Source: Octopus bimaculoides
Taxonomy: Eukaryota
DNA: 39,262 nt
Assembly: GCF_001194135.2 (NCBI RefSeq)
Contig: NC_068982.1
Coordinates: forward strand, 127,327,840 to 127,367,101
Direction: 5' to 3'
Shown here: positions 1 through 10,666 of the stretch, piece by piece
Position numbering within the stretch: the stretch's first letter is position 1
How the letters are laid out: each line of letters starts with the position of its first letter
Translations under genes and position numbers: made by a program
Notes under the pieces: model-generated
Databases searched by the model: none
Told to the model about the DNA's origin: nothing
Seen by the model: the letters and a program-made list of their open reading frames with translations, nothing else

Positions 1-253
1 TATATATATATATATATATGTATGAATGTATGTGTGTGTATATGTTTGTGTGTCTGTGTTTGTTCCCCCAACATCGCTTGACAACCGACGCTGGTGTGTT
101 TACATCCCTGTAACTTAGCGGTTTGGCAAAAGAGACCAATAGAATAAGTACTAGGCTTACAAAGAATAAGTCCTGGGGTCGATCTGCTTGACTGAAGGCA
201 GCGCTCCAGCATGGCCACAGTCAAATGACTGAAACAAGTAAAAGAGTAAAAGA
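1..253 (+). mobile_element. SINE family A, 3' half
   Basis: Matches the 3' half of the full copies at 18238-18650 and 20322-20742, ending in (AAAAGAGT)n. Confidence 0.85.
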
Positions 254-601
254 GTGTAAATTAATTTATGCATGATTGTTGAGGATTTATTAGTTCAAAT
301 GGCACAGATAGAATAAACAAAGTAACTTAGTTGATTTAGTTAGTTCAGTCTTCTTGAGTTAGGCATTTTGAGTTAGGCAACCAAATGTTTGTGAGAGGCC
401 TTCTCTTTCAGCAGCACATTAGTTGTTATGTTACATTTCAGTCTGACCTCACACCACATTGTACATTCTGAAATGAAGCAAGTGTTTGGTTGTGCGAGAT
501 ATACTTATATAGTGTTATGCTAGGCTAGATATCTTCACTCTGATTTGACATACTCTCTGTTTTAATTTATATATAATGTTTGTACATTTTAAAGGTAGAT
601 A

Positions 602-750
602 GGTGCATGTGTGGATGTGTGGCTAAGTTCGCTTTCCAGCCACATAGTTTTGAGTTCAGTTCCACAGCATGGCACCTTTGGCAATTGTCTTCTTACTATT
701 GCTCCAGATAAACCAAAACCTTGTTAATGGATTTGTTGCATGGAAATTTG
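602..750 (+). mobile_element. SINE family A head, diverged
   Basis: Degenerate A/B boxes followed by catggcacctttggcaattgtcttc. Confidence 0.6.
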
Positions 751-842
751 TTACGAGTTCAAATATACTTCAGGCATATTTGGAAAGTCAGTCACTGTAT
801 TTTGTCATGGAGAAAATTTCTGAGAGAATATATATATGTATG

Positions 843-902
<60 letters not shown>

Positions 903-1121
903 ACTGTTACTTTCTCAGATGTAGCACGGAATTTTGTCAGTGAACAGGTCACGGTCTCAAAGCGAGGAAAATATTTTGGCAAATTAAATTTAAATGTTGA
1001 AGTGAATCTAACGGTTTTTGTGTCTTTCTTAAATGGCTTATAAACACCTTCCACGCTGCAATTGTTTTTGTTCCAGCACACGATCTCAGATCAGGTCACT
1101 TGCTATGCAAGTACATCTCTG

Positions 1122-1162
<41 letters not shown>

Positions 1163-1165
<3 letters not shown>

Positions 1166-1622
1166 GTATTCTTTTACTTGTTACAGTCATTTGATTGCAG
1201 CCATGTTGGGGCTCTGCCTTGAAGAATTTTCAGTCAAATGTATCGACTCCCTATACTTATTTTCATTTTCTAAAGGGCCTGGTACTTATTCTATCGGTCT
1301 GTTTTTCCAAACTGCTAAGTTACAGGAACATAAAAACACCAGCACTGGTTGACAAACNNNNNNNNNNNNNNNNNNNNNNNNNNNNNNNNNNNNNNNNNNN
1401 NNNNNNNNNNNNNNNNNNNNNNNNNNNNNNNNNNNNNNNNNNNNNNNNNNNNNNNNNNNNNNNNNNNNNNNNNNNNNNNNNNNNNNNNNNNNNNNNNNNN
1501 NNNNNNNNNNNNNNNNNNNNNNNNNNNNNNNNNNNNNNNNNNNNNNNNNNNNNNNNNNNNNNNNNNNNNNNNNNNNNNNNNNNNNNNNNNNNNNNNNNNN
1601 NNNNNNNNNNNNNNNNNNNNNN

Positions 1623-1675
<53 letters not shown>

Positions 1676-1867
1676 GTATTCTTTTACTTGTTACAGTCAT
1701 TTGATTGCAGCCATGTTGGGGCTCTGCCTTGAAGAATTTTCAGTCAAATGTATCGACTCCCTATACTTATTTTCATTTTCTAAAGGGCCTGGTACTTATT
1801 CTATCGGTCTGTTTTTCCAAACTGCTAAGTTACAGGAACATAAAAACACCAGCACTGGTTGACAAAC
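1163..1867 (-). mobile_element. SINE family A 3' half, present twice around an N gap
   Basis: Reverse complement of the family A tail; 1163-1357 equals 1673-1867 across gap 1358-1621. Confidence 0.75.
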
Positions 1868-2214
1868 GCAGGCACAAAGACCCCCACCCCCACACGTACA
1901 CACATATATATCTTTCTGCTTATTATTCTTTCCTCCATGTCTCCCTCTCTCTCCTCCTTTCTTTCCTCTTTTCTCTTTCACCTCCCCTCTATTTGTATAA
2001 AAGCCAAGAAACTTTCTGTAAAGTTTATTTTGAAAAATCTTCATGAATGGATGAAAGCACGAAATAAAGAATTATCCAAAATTCTGACTGCCTCCTTTTC
2101 CTTAATATACAAAAGTTGTACATCACTTCAAAGACTCTATACATACATACATATATATATGTATACATATATATATATGTATGCATGCATGTATGTATGT
2201 ATATACATATATAT

Positions 2215-2268
<54 letters not shown>

Positions 2269-2269
<1 letters not shown>

Positions 2270-2434
2270 ACAGGCTTCTTTCAGTTTCCATCAACTAAAT
2301 CCACTCACAAGGCTTTGGTCAGCCTGAGGCTAGAGTAAAAGACACTTGCCCAAGGTGCCATGCAATGCAGAGGGACTGAACCTGGAACCATGTGGTCGGG
2401 AAGCAAGCTTCTTACCACACAGCCATACCTGCAC
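2269..2434 (-). mobile_element. SINE family A head
   Basis: Reverse complement of the tRNA-like head (tggctgtgtggtaag, ggttcagtccc) and accttgggcaagtgtctt core. Confidence 0.85.
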
Positions 2435-2754
2435 CATATATATATATGTGTGTGTGTGTGTGNNNNNNNNNNNNNNNNNNNNNNNNNNNNNNNNNNNNNN
2501 NNNNNNNNNNNNNNNNNNNNNNNNNNNNNNNNNNNNNNNNNNNNNNNNNNNNNNNNNNNNNNNNNNNNNNNNNNNNNNNNNATATATAAATAAATTAAAA
2601 CGGTAGGGTCAGAAATTGGATATTAATTAATATCAATTTAATACCAGGGAACAAGCACAGTAAAAGAATCAGGGAGATTCAGAAAAAATATCTGAGATCT
2701 CAAAGGTTTGTTGTATAATCTCCTTTATATATACATATATCTATCTATCTATCT

Positions 2755-2803
<49 letters not shown>

Positions 2804-2819
2804 ATACAAAGAATATATA

Positions 2820-3060
2820 TGCATGTATATACACATATATGCACATACTTACATCTACATGTGTATATAGATGCATATCAGGGTACAGGACGTTAGAACA
2901 ATGAACTATAGACAACGGAACGAACACATAGGAAAACAGATAGCCACTTGGAATTATTCCTTCATCAGCTGCCTCTATTCTAACTTGACGTTTCGAAGAT
3001 AAGGCAGAATGTACTCTACAATAGTCTCTTCCTGAGTAGTGGATCAACCCACTAAACAGA
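2820..3060 (-). mobile_element. Penelope-like terminal repeat remnant with hammerhead-like core words
   Basis: Homologous to 27040-27300 (shared gggtacaggacgt, ccttcatcagctgcc, cgtttcgaaga, aatag.ctcttcctg). Minus strand has GAAACGTC (2987-2994) and CTGATGA (2962-2968). Flanked by (TA)n and next to a GIY-YIG remnant. Confidence 0.45.
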
Positions 3061-3139
3061 GGATTCCAAGGTGGCAAACACAAACCAAGACAGGAAAAAT
3101 TGGACAGTGAAAATAACATTACATATATATATATATATA

Positions 3140-3349
3140 TGGGGCTATATGATTTTTAAATTCTCCTTCACATAATCCAATACAGGTCTTCTTATCAGCT
3201 GTATTATTATTTAGGGTTGTAATAACTTCTGCTTCATATATGATAGATTTAGTTGTGCATTGCTGGTCAAGTAGACAGGATCCTCGGTCACAAAAGTTGC
3301 CGCTGAATTCAAGTTCTTGGTGTTGACCACATGTAGTGATACTCTTCAT
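3140..3349 (-). pseudogene. GIY-YIG endonuclease fragment of a Penelope-like retroelement
   Basis: NFCDRGSCLLDQQCTTKSIIYEAEV...KKTCIGLCEGEFKNH resembles the PLE pattern C-x-C..CPL.G.CL...IIY.A.V...YIG..E..FK.R..NH; YIG is degraded to CIG and the fragment is cut by (TA)n. Confidence 0.7.
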
Positions 3350-4112
3350 TTGATAATTTCACAGAACCCCTATTAAATATTTTCCTGTTTCAGTGAGTGG
3401 CTGGAAAGTGTTTGTCTAGGAGTGACAGGAATCTTTTACCAATGTTAGTTTTTATATTAAGGGAAAAGAGAAGGGTGAACTAAATAATTTTCCTTGGCCT
3501 ATTTTTAGGTTTCTTATTATGCTGATTAATACGAGAGTGGTTAAGTACTACTTTATCTTTGATGCCACTAGATCTATTATTAATATTTTGGTTATTAGAG
3601 GGATTATATATTAATTTATCTTTGAAGCCACTATTGGTTAGGGCCTTGTTACTAATATTAGCTATCAGATTTTTAAATACTACAGGAGGGTGACAACAAG
3701 ACTGCTTATGTATATATGTGAGTTATGATATGTGGTTTGTGACTGAAGAATATGTTTGAGTTCTCCCAACATATGAAACTATTAGTAGTGCTTTAATACA
3801 TGTATTGTGACCTTTATATATATATANNNNNNNNNNNNNNNNNNNNNNNNNNNNNNNNNNNNNNNNNNNNNNNNNNNNNNNNNNNNNNNNNNNNNNNNNN
3901 NNNNNNNNNNNNNNNNNNNNNNNNNNNNNNNNNNNNNNNNNNNNNNNNNNNNNNNNNNNNNNNNNNNNNNNNNNNNNNNNNNNNNNNNNNNNNNNNNNNN
4001 NNNNNNNNNNNNNNNNNNNNNNNNNNNNNNNNNNNNNNNNNNNNNNNNNNNNNNNNNNNNNNNNNNNNNNNNNNNNNNNNNNNNNNNNNNNNNNNNNNNN
4101 NNNNNNNNNNNN

Positions 4113-4165
<53 letters not shown>

Positions 4166-4249
4166 ATTAATATTTCTAAGTCTCTCTAAAGGAGACTACG
4201 ACAGCGGTACTGGAAATTAATAGTTATCGCCAAGCCAACATGGCAGTCC

Positions 4250-4286
<37 letters not shown>

Positions 4287-4305
4287 CACACACATATACA
4301 TATAT

Positions 4306-4520
4306 GGTGGCAAGCTGGCAGAAACATTAGCACACTGGGCAAAATGCTTAGCAGTATTTCGTTTGTATTTACATTTTGAATTCAAATTCCGCCGAGGTGG
4401 ACTTTGCCTTTCATCCTTTCGGGGTTGATAAATTAAGTACCAGTTGTGTACTAGAGTCAATCTAATCGACTGGCCCCCTCCCCAAAAATGTTAGGTCTTA
4501 TGCCTAGAGTAGAAAAGAGC
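4306..4520 (+). mobile_element. SINE family B (tRNA-derived)
   Basis: ggtggcaagctggcagaaac head, B-box-like gaattcaaattcc; homologous to 13632-13810 and 35370-35584. Confidence 0.8.
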
Positions 4521-4544
4521 ATATATATATATAGTGTGTGTGTG

Positions 4545-4710
4545 TGTCTTTGCCTTCAGCAGAAGTTCACGATTACCTTCTACCAGAGCCCCATGGAGTT
4601 TAGGTGTTTCACTCATAAACACATACATCGCCCGGTCTGATATTCGACCCACGATCCCTCGACCACAAGTCTACTGCTCTAACCACTTGGCCATGGGCCT
4701 CCACTTACCT
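4545..4710 (-). mobile_element. SINE family D-like fragment
   Basis: Similar to 16620-16760 (ccatggagtttaggtgttt...ctctaaccacttggccat); A and B boxes on the minus strand. Confidence 0.55.
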
Positions 4711-5761
4711 AACCATTGATATTTATTTATTTCTAAATATTCCAGTGTGTCTGGGAATAAGAGAGAGGTGGGGGGGGGCAGTGAGAGCAAGTGTGAGCAT
4801 GCGCACATGCACTTTTGAAACTTTTCACAGTGTCAATTAATAAATCTCATAGTTTATTTTCATTCCTGTTGACCTGGGGTGAAAGTACTATAAACAACCA
4901 TGATGGTAAAATGATACACACGAAAATTAATTCCTCTCAGGCCTGCCACACTGACAATAAAATCAAAATAAATCCTTTCACCTATTCTCTGGCCATTAGC
5001 TTTTTGACATGCTAACTTCAAAACCTTTTATTGATACACAGTAGCGTGAGAAACTACAGTCTCATAAGAAAATTAATTACAGAATCAGTGGTAGTGGTAG
5101 GCAAGGCTGGATTCTGTAGAAAAGATTAAAACAATGAGAATATTTATTATGTAAGACATAGCACTAGTTCTCTCTCCCTCTTGTTCTTGTTTTGTCTCTC
5201 TTACTCTTTCTCTCTCATTTTTGCTCTCTTCCTCTCTCTCTCTCTCTCTTTCTTTCTTCCTCTCTCCTCTCTCTCTAGTAAAAATTAAAGATCATTTTCA
5301 TAATACTTTCACTATCCGTGTTTTCTTTCCCTTTTTCCTTCTGCTATTCATTAAAAATTGTTTTATGATTTGTTCCACCTCGTCCNNNNNNNNNNCATAA
5401 ATGCAGTTTGGATTGCTGCTATAATACTCAAAATTATCAGAGATTTATTAAAAAAAATTCCACTAGTCTTAATGATTTTGAACAATAGAAGCCTAATTAA
5501 TGTTTATTAAAGTTAATTACACTGTAATGGATAATAAATAATCAACTTAAAATATCCATTTCACATGTTGTCCTCTTTACAAACCAAATGAAGACAATTC
5601 CAACCAAATTATCCAACTTTCTCCACATAAACATTTGTCATCCAAAACATTAATTCTTTGCAGTTGTTGCCCAGGGCAAGGCAAGTGTTTCCTATTGTTG
5701 TTATTATTATTATTATTATTGCTTCTGCAGTAATTATTTATTGTTACTATATACTATTATA

Positions 5762-5880
5762 CATCATCATTACTGCTTTAATGTCCACTTTTTCGTGCTG
5801 GCATGGGTTAGACAGAACTTACTTAGGTGGATTTTTCTATAACTGGATGCTTTTCTTGTTGCTAACCACCATCAGTTACG

Positions 5881-5924
<44 letters not shown>

Positions 5925-6100
5925 TACATATTTATATATGATGGGCTTCTTTCCAATTTCTGACAACCAAATTCACTCACAAGACTTTTGGTCATTCCAA
6001 GGCTATAGAAGAAAACACTTGCCCAAGGTGCCATGCAGTGAGACTGAACACAAAACCATGTGATTGGAAAGCAGGCTTCTTACCATAAAGCTATGCCTGC
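5762..6100 (-). mobile_element. Diverged RTE-type tail plus SINE A head
   Basis: (CAT)n-tttaatgtccac at 5762-5870; reverse-complement family A head at 5940-6100. Confidence 0.6.
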
Positions 6101-6574
6101 ACTTATATTACAACTTTTTATTTATTTATCTTTACCACTTTGGAGTGGTGTTTGGAAGGGCATCCAGCTGTAGAAACCATGCCAAAGCAGATGTTGGATC
6201 CCAACAAACCATGCAACACAGGCTAGCATGGAATGCAGGCGTTAAGTGAGGATGATGGTTTCACATTTTTCTTTTGAAATTTTGTGCTCCTAAGAATTTT
6301 GGTCCCAGGCTTATAAGCCCTGCAGTTCTGCCCATGCTATGCCACTACGTTCAAGACAATAACACCAAATTAAAAAGATTACATCTAATGGAATCATAAA
6401 ATTTTTGTTTCATTCTTATCATCATAATTTTAATGTGATCCAAAATAAAAATCTTCCATTGAAATTTCATGTTAATTTTTTCCATGCACAAACTTAAACA
6501 ACGACAAAATTATTTTACTAAATTACTCATTATTTTCAAAATTAATCAACAAAGGTGCTCAGCATTGCCTTCTA

Positions 6575-6905
6575 GCACTTGTGCTGGTGGCACGTTAGAG
6601 AATCATTCGAGTGAGGTTATTGCCAGTGCTGCTGGACTGGCTCCCGTGCAGGTGGCATGTAAAAAAACACCTTTTTGAGCGTGGCCATTGCCAGTACCGT
6701 GTGACTGGCCCTCGTGCCGGTGGCACGTAAAAGCACCCACTACACTCTCGGAGTGGTTGGAGTTAGGAAGGGCATCCAGCTGTAGAAACTCTGCCAGATC
6801 AGATTGGAGCCTGGTGCAGCCTTCTGGCTTGCCAGTCCTCAGTCAAATTGTCCAACCCACGCTAGCATGGAAAGCAGACATTAAATGATGATGATGATGA
6901 TGATT
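6575..6905 (+). mobile_element. RTE LINE 3' UTR fragment
   Basis: ggttggagttaggaagggcatccagctgtagaaac...gctagcatggaaagcagacattaaa(TGA)n, same as the 3' end of the RTE at 23157-23345. A more diverged copy lies at 6140-6257. Confidence 0.85.
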
Positions 6906-7080
6906 CCAACAGAGGCATGATAAGAAGAGGGTTAACACATGAATATAAATGGAATGTGAAGTTTCCATCATCTTAGAAATATTCCATCGATACAAATGAC
7001 TATTATTTTTCTCTCAGACAGTCAGAAATGCAATAATTTTTCTTCTTAATAAGACATATTTTTTTTTTTTGTTTCTGTAG

Positions 7081-7269
7081 GTTTAAACCTGGCCTTATTT
7101 CGTGATGAAAAAGGGAATGCTCATGCTTTGAATGCTTACTGTCCACATCTTGGAGCTCACTTGGCTGTAGGAGGAAGAGTTCTTGGCAATTGTATTGAAT
7201 GTCCATTTCATGGATGGCGCTTTCGTGGGGACGATGGCAAATGTGTATATATTCCCTATGCTGATAAAA
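7081..7269 (+). CDS. nvd: Neverland/DAF-36 cholesterol 7-desaturase, first exon in window (Rieske [2Fe-2S] domain); gene 5'-partial
   Basis: Polypyrimidine tract and AG at 7079-7080, GTAAGT donor at 7270. Reads (G)[62 protein letters not shown], with C-x-H-x17-C-x2-H at 7140-7211. Phase 1 at both ends. Missed by the ORF track. Confidence 0.96.
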
Positions 7270-7489
7270 GTAAGTGTTCTGATATTTTTGTTACTTTCTA
7301 TGAATAATAAGGGGAAACAGTTTTCAAACAATAATGTTGTTATGTGAAAAGCATTTTTTAAATTTCTCTGTGGAAACAAACAAACTCACTTGTATGAAGA
7401 TGACACTCAGCTGCAACTTTCAAGTGATGACTAGATAGAAACACTTACATACATACACCATACATACGTACATATGTACATACACACAC

Positions 7490-7690
7490 ACATACATACA
7501 TACATACATACATACATACATACATACATAACAGGCTTCTTTTGGTCACCATCTACCAAGTCCACTTGCAAGGGTTTGGTTAACCAGAATATATTGTAGT
7601 AGAAAACACTTGCCCAAGATGCTGTGCAATGGGACTGTGATTGAACCCAAGACCACATAGTTTGAAATCAAGCTTCTTAACCATAGGTTG
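7490..7690 (-). mobile_element. SINE family A head, diverged, intronic
   Basis: acaggcttcttttggtcacc...aaacacttgcccaagatg...actgtgattgaaccc, preceded by (CATA)n. Confidence 0.7.
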
Positions 7691-8022
7691 ATGGATGGAT
7701 GGACAAAGAGACAAACAGATGAATGGATGGATGGATGGATGGATGGATGGATGGATGAATGTGCATTATTATTATGATCTTTTTTTTTTTTGCTGTGTCT
7801 GTAAACATTGCTGAGAAAACCAACAAAAAAATGACAGATATTTTTAAATGATGTTCCTTACAATTTTTGTTCAGCATCGAGTTACAAACACTCCCTTATC
7901 ACTCTCACTATCAGAAATACATGAACCAGTGATAGACTCATTAAAAACAAACAAAAAAAACACATGTACCAAATGATACTTTGTTCACCAATTCCAAAAG
8001 AAATTAATAAAATAAATAATTG

Positions 8023-8404
8023 AAGTAGTTGTATGCTGTCAACTTAATGTGACAGTCCCCTGAAGGGAATAATACTACTGTTGGTTAAATCTAGGAAGCT
8101 GTACCACTTCCTATTGGCCTTAACACATTTCCTGTGTCTTTGCTTGTCATCAGTCTGGGGTAGCATGACAGGCATCTTCGACTAGCAGGTCATGCTATTC
8201 CAAACTGATGACAAGCAAAGACTCAGAAACATGTCTCTGGATGCAGGCTTAGCTGGGTGGAGGTGCTTGTCTCCCCCTTGTAAACATAAGGACACAGGAA
8301 ATGTGTCAAGGCTGACAAGAAGCGGTGCAGCTTCCTAGGTCTAACCAACAGTAATATTATTCCCTTCAGGGGAGTCACATTAAGTTGACAGCATACAACT
8401 ACTT
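8023..8404. mobile_element. Long-TIR foldback/MITE-like element with nested hairpin, in an nvd intron
   Basis: Arms 8023-8138 and 8291-8404 are reverse complements with scattered mismatches; inner inverted repeat 8137-8169 / 8189-8221 of about 33 bp. Confidence 0.85.
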
Positions 8405-8579
8405 TGTCATATCACCACTGCATAAATCTCTCTGAGAGATTTAGAAATGTATTATTTCTAAAAATAAATAATTAGTGAAGACACATGGTTGAATTAAACA
8501 TTTTCTCTATATGTGTACACCATACAGAATAATCTGATTCATCTTACTTCATAATATTTTCTTTCTTTTGTTTTACTAG

Positions 8580-8758
8580 TACCAGATGTGGCACAGGTCA
8601 AGTCGTGGCCTATACAAGATGTTAATGGATGGATATATCTTTGGTATCACGCTGAAGGCTTGGAACCAACATGGCTTATTCCCGAAATTGAAGACATAGT
8701 CAAAGGTAACTGGACCTACAAGGGACGCACAGAGCATCATGTTAATGCCCATATTGAG
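8580..8758 (+). CDS. nvd: nvd exon (linker into catalytic domain)
   Basis: AG at 8578-8579, GT at 8759. Phase-1 entry matches the previous exon. (I)PDVAQVKSWPIQDVNGWIYLWYHAEGLEPTWLIPEIEDIVKGNWTYKGRTEHHVNAHIE, typical Neverland-family sequence. Confidence 0.96.
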
Positions 8759-9559
8759 GTATATTTTCCAGATATTTATATAGTTTAAATTTAACTTTTC
8801 AGTTTTATATTCAATGTTTTATAATAGTATTATTTCATTCTGGCTTTCTCTTTGTGTTTGAGACATTAGGGTGGTTTGCCATTGCCTTCCCCAACTAGAT
8901 GGCCATTGGCTCACAAGGAGCTCATCTACCCTTTGACAGGTCTTGCATTTAGTCTTGCTGGGTGGCCAGACACCTTCTTCATGAGAATAGCAAGCTACTC
9001 AAATGGGGGAGCTGGTTTAGTCACCAACAATCCAACCATGGAACAGGCTGTACTGATTTGCATGGTACAAGTAGCAGGTCTCGTCAGCCTATGATGAGGT
9101 CACTGACCTAACTATAGGTATTATGAAGTAATACTAGTAGTAACAGCAGTAGCAGTGGTGGTGGTGGTGGTGGTGGTGGTGGTGGTGGTGGTGGCAGCAG
9201 CGGGGGTGATATCTCAGTTTCAGTATATGATACCAGTCGCACTGATAACATCTAACAAACGTCTTAACGAAGGTGGTTCATTGCACAGTGGCATGGAATT
9301 ACTTCGAAGGCAACAAGGTCAAAATAGATTTGAAATGTCAGTAATTGTATTTCAATGGGAAACCATTTCTTACGATATTTTATCTGACACTTATGAGTTT
9401 ATTGACATACATGTGCACAAATCAATAAATAAACAAGATATTGTAACCTTGTTTTTAGAGTTATGTTTTGGCAGTGTGACATTATTAAGTCCAGTAAACA
9501 CACTCATTGTTTATTGTTTGTCTATATTCTTTTATTTTTCTCCAAAACAATGTTTCTTC

Positions 9560-9790
9560 ATCATCACCATTACCATCATTTAACATCTGTTTTCCATCCT
9601 GGCATGGGTTGGATGGTTTGACTTGAGCTGGTAAGGGCAGGGGCCACACCAGGCTTCATTGTCTTTTCTGGCAGGGTTCCTAAAACCAACCACCCTGCAG
9701 AGTGTACTAGGTGCTTTTTATGCAGCACCAGCACCAGTCCTTTTAGTATGGCACCAGCACAAGTCCTTTTAGTATGGCACCAGCACAATA
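9560..9790 (-). mobile_element. RTE 3' UTR fragment, diverged
   Basis: (CAT)n-tttaacatctgtttttccatcctggcatgggttgg pattern; two copies of a 26-bp unit gtccttttagtatggcaccagcac at 9736-9787. Confidence 0.7.
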
Positions 9791-9807
9791 TAAAATAGCC
9801 AGCAAAC

Positions 9808-9875
9808 CTTCACAGGGAATCAAACCCTGCACCTCTCAAATTCCAGTGAGCATTCTGTACCATAAAGCTAAGAGA
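9808..9875 (-). pseudogene. tRNA-like sequence (decayed tRNA or isolated SINE head)
   Basis: Minus strand TAGCTTTATGGT (A box), CTCA-CTGGAAT-T-TGAG arm, GGTTTGATTCCC (B box); acceptor stem poor. Confidence 0.3.
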
Positions 9876-9934
9876 CTCTGGACAGCTTCATTTATTAATA
9901 AAATTATCCTACATTCTTGCTGCAGTAATTCTTT

Positions 9935-10123
9935 TGTATTTAGGTGTGGCTGTTGTGTGGTTAAAAAGTTTGCTTCCCATTCATATGGTTCCGGGTTTAG
10001 TCCCACTGTATGACACCTTGGACAAGTGTCTCTTCTACTATAGCCCCAGGTTAGCCAAAGCCTTGTGGGTAGATTTGGTAGATAGAACTATAAGAAGCTC
10101 ATTGTGTGAGTGTGTGTGTGTGT

Positions 10124-10162
<39 letters not shown>

Positions 10163-10330
10163 TTTCCTTGTATTGACATTGTATGATAGTCGTAAATGAG
10201 AGTCACCATCATACAAGCAGTGTCATTCATTTCTAATATTCTGCAAAACCATGTCTGGCCAGGAGGAAATAAACTCCATCCAGCCAATGTAAGATGGAAA
10301 AGGGGAAGTTAAAATGATGGTGATGGTGAT
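9935..10330 (+). mobile_element. SINE with family A head and RTE-like (GAT)n tail (A' type)
   Basis: Family A head, then (TG)n, then a body shared with 16840-17060 and 35665-36010, ending gttaaaatgatggtgatg. Confidence 0.7.
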
Positions 10331-10420
10331 TTGATTGTTTTAGATAATTCCATGTAAATATTTTTACTTTTATATGTATTAATAGAATTTTTTCTGCTTT
10401 TTAATGTTGTCTAATTAAAG

Positions 10421-10666
10421 GAAATCCCTTTGAACGGTGCCGATGTGATTCATTTGAACCAAGTCCATGGACCAGGTCTTGTAGCTGGTGTAGATCTAAG
10501 ACACATGTATACCAGATTCTGGGAATTCATAAAACATATTTGGACTGCAACATGGGAACCCTATCCACCACCTGATGGTCATCTTGCTTCCATAACATTA
10601 AAACATTGTCTAAACCTGTGCGGAGTTCCATTTAAAATGCTCAATTTAGATGTATTTGCCAGACAG
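10421..10666 (+). CDS. nvd: nvd exon carrying the non-heme Fe(II) motif
   Basis: AG at 10419-10420, GTAAG at 10667; 246 nt, phase 0/0. EIPLNGADVIHLNQVHGPGLVAGVDLRHMYTRFWEFIKHIWTATWEPYPPPDGHLASITLKHCLNLCGVPFKMLNLDVFARQ; D-x2-H-x4-H present. Confidence 0.96.

Noticed and set aside
669-1043. 124-aa ORF with a hydrophobic, signal-like start as a possible nvd first exon
   Set aside because: It begins inside a SINE head and crosses a (CA)n tract. It lacks the PxYPNGW motif expected upstream of the Rieske exon, which I found nowhere in 1-7080.
1115-1867. Apparent tandem duplication of about 240 bp (TA run plus SINE tail)
   Set aside because: The two copies are base-identical at a 510-bp offset and sit directly on either side of gap 1358-1621: an unmerged contig overlap.
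7131-7133. AAT (Asn) in NAYCPH where the family often has DAYCPH; A-to-I recoding could restore Asp
   Set aside because: No RNA data; the 5' neighbour is G, which ADARs disfavour; Asn may simply be tolerated.
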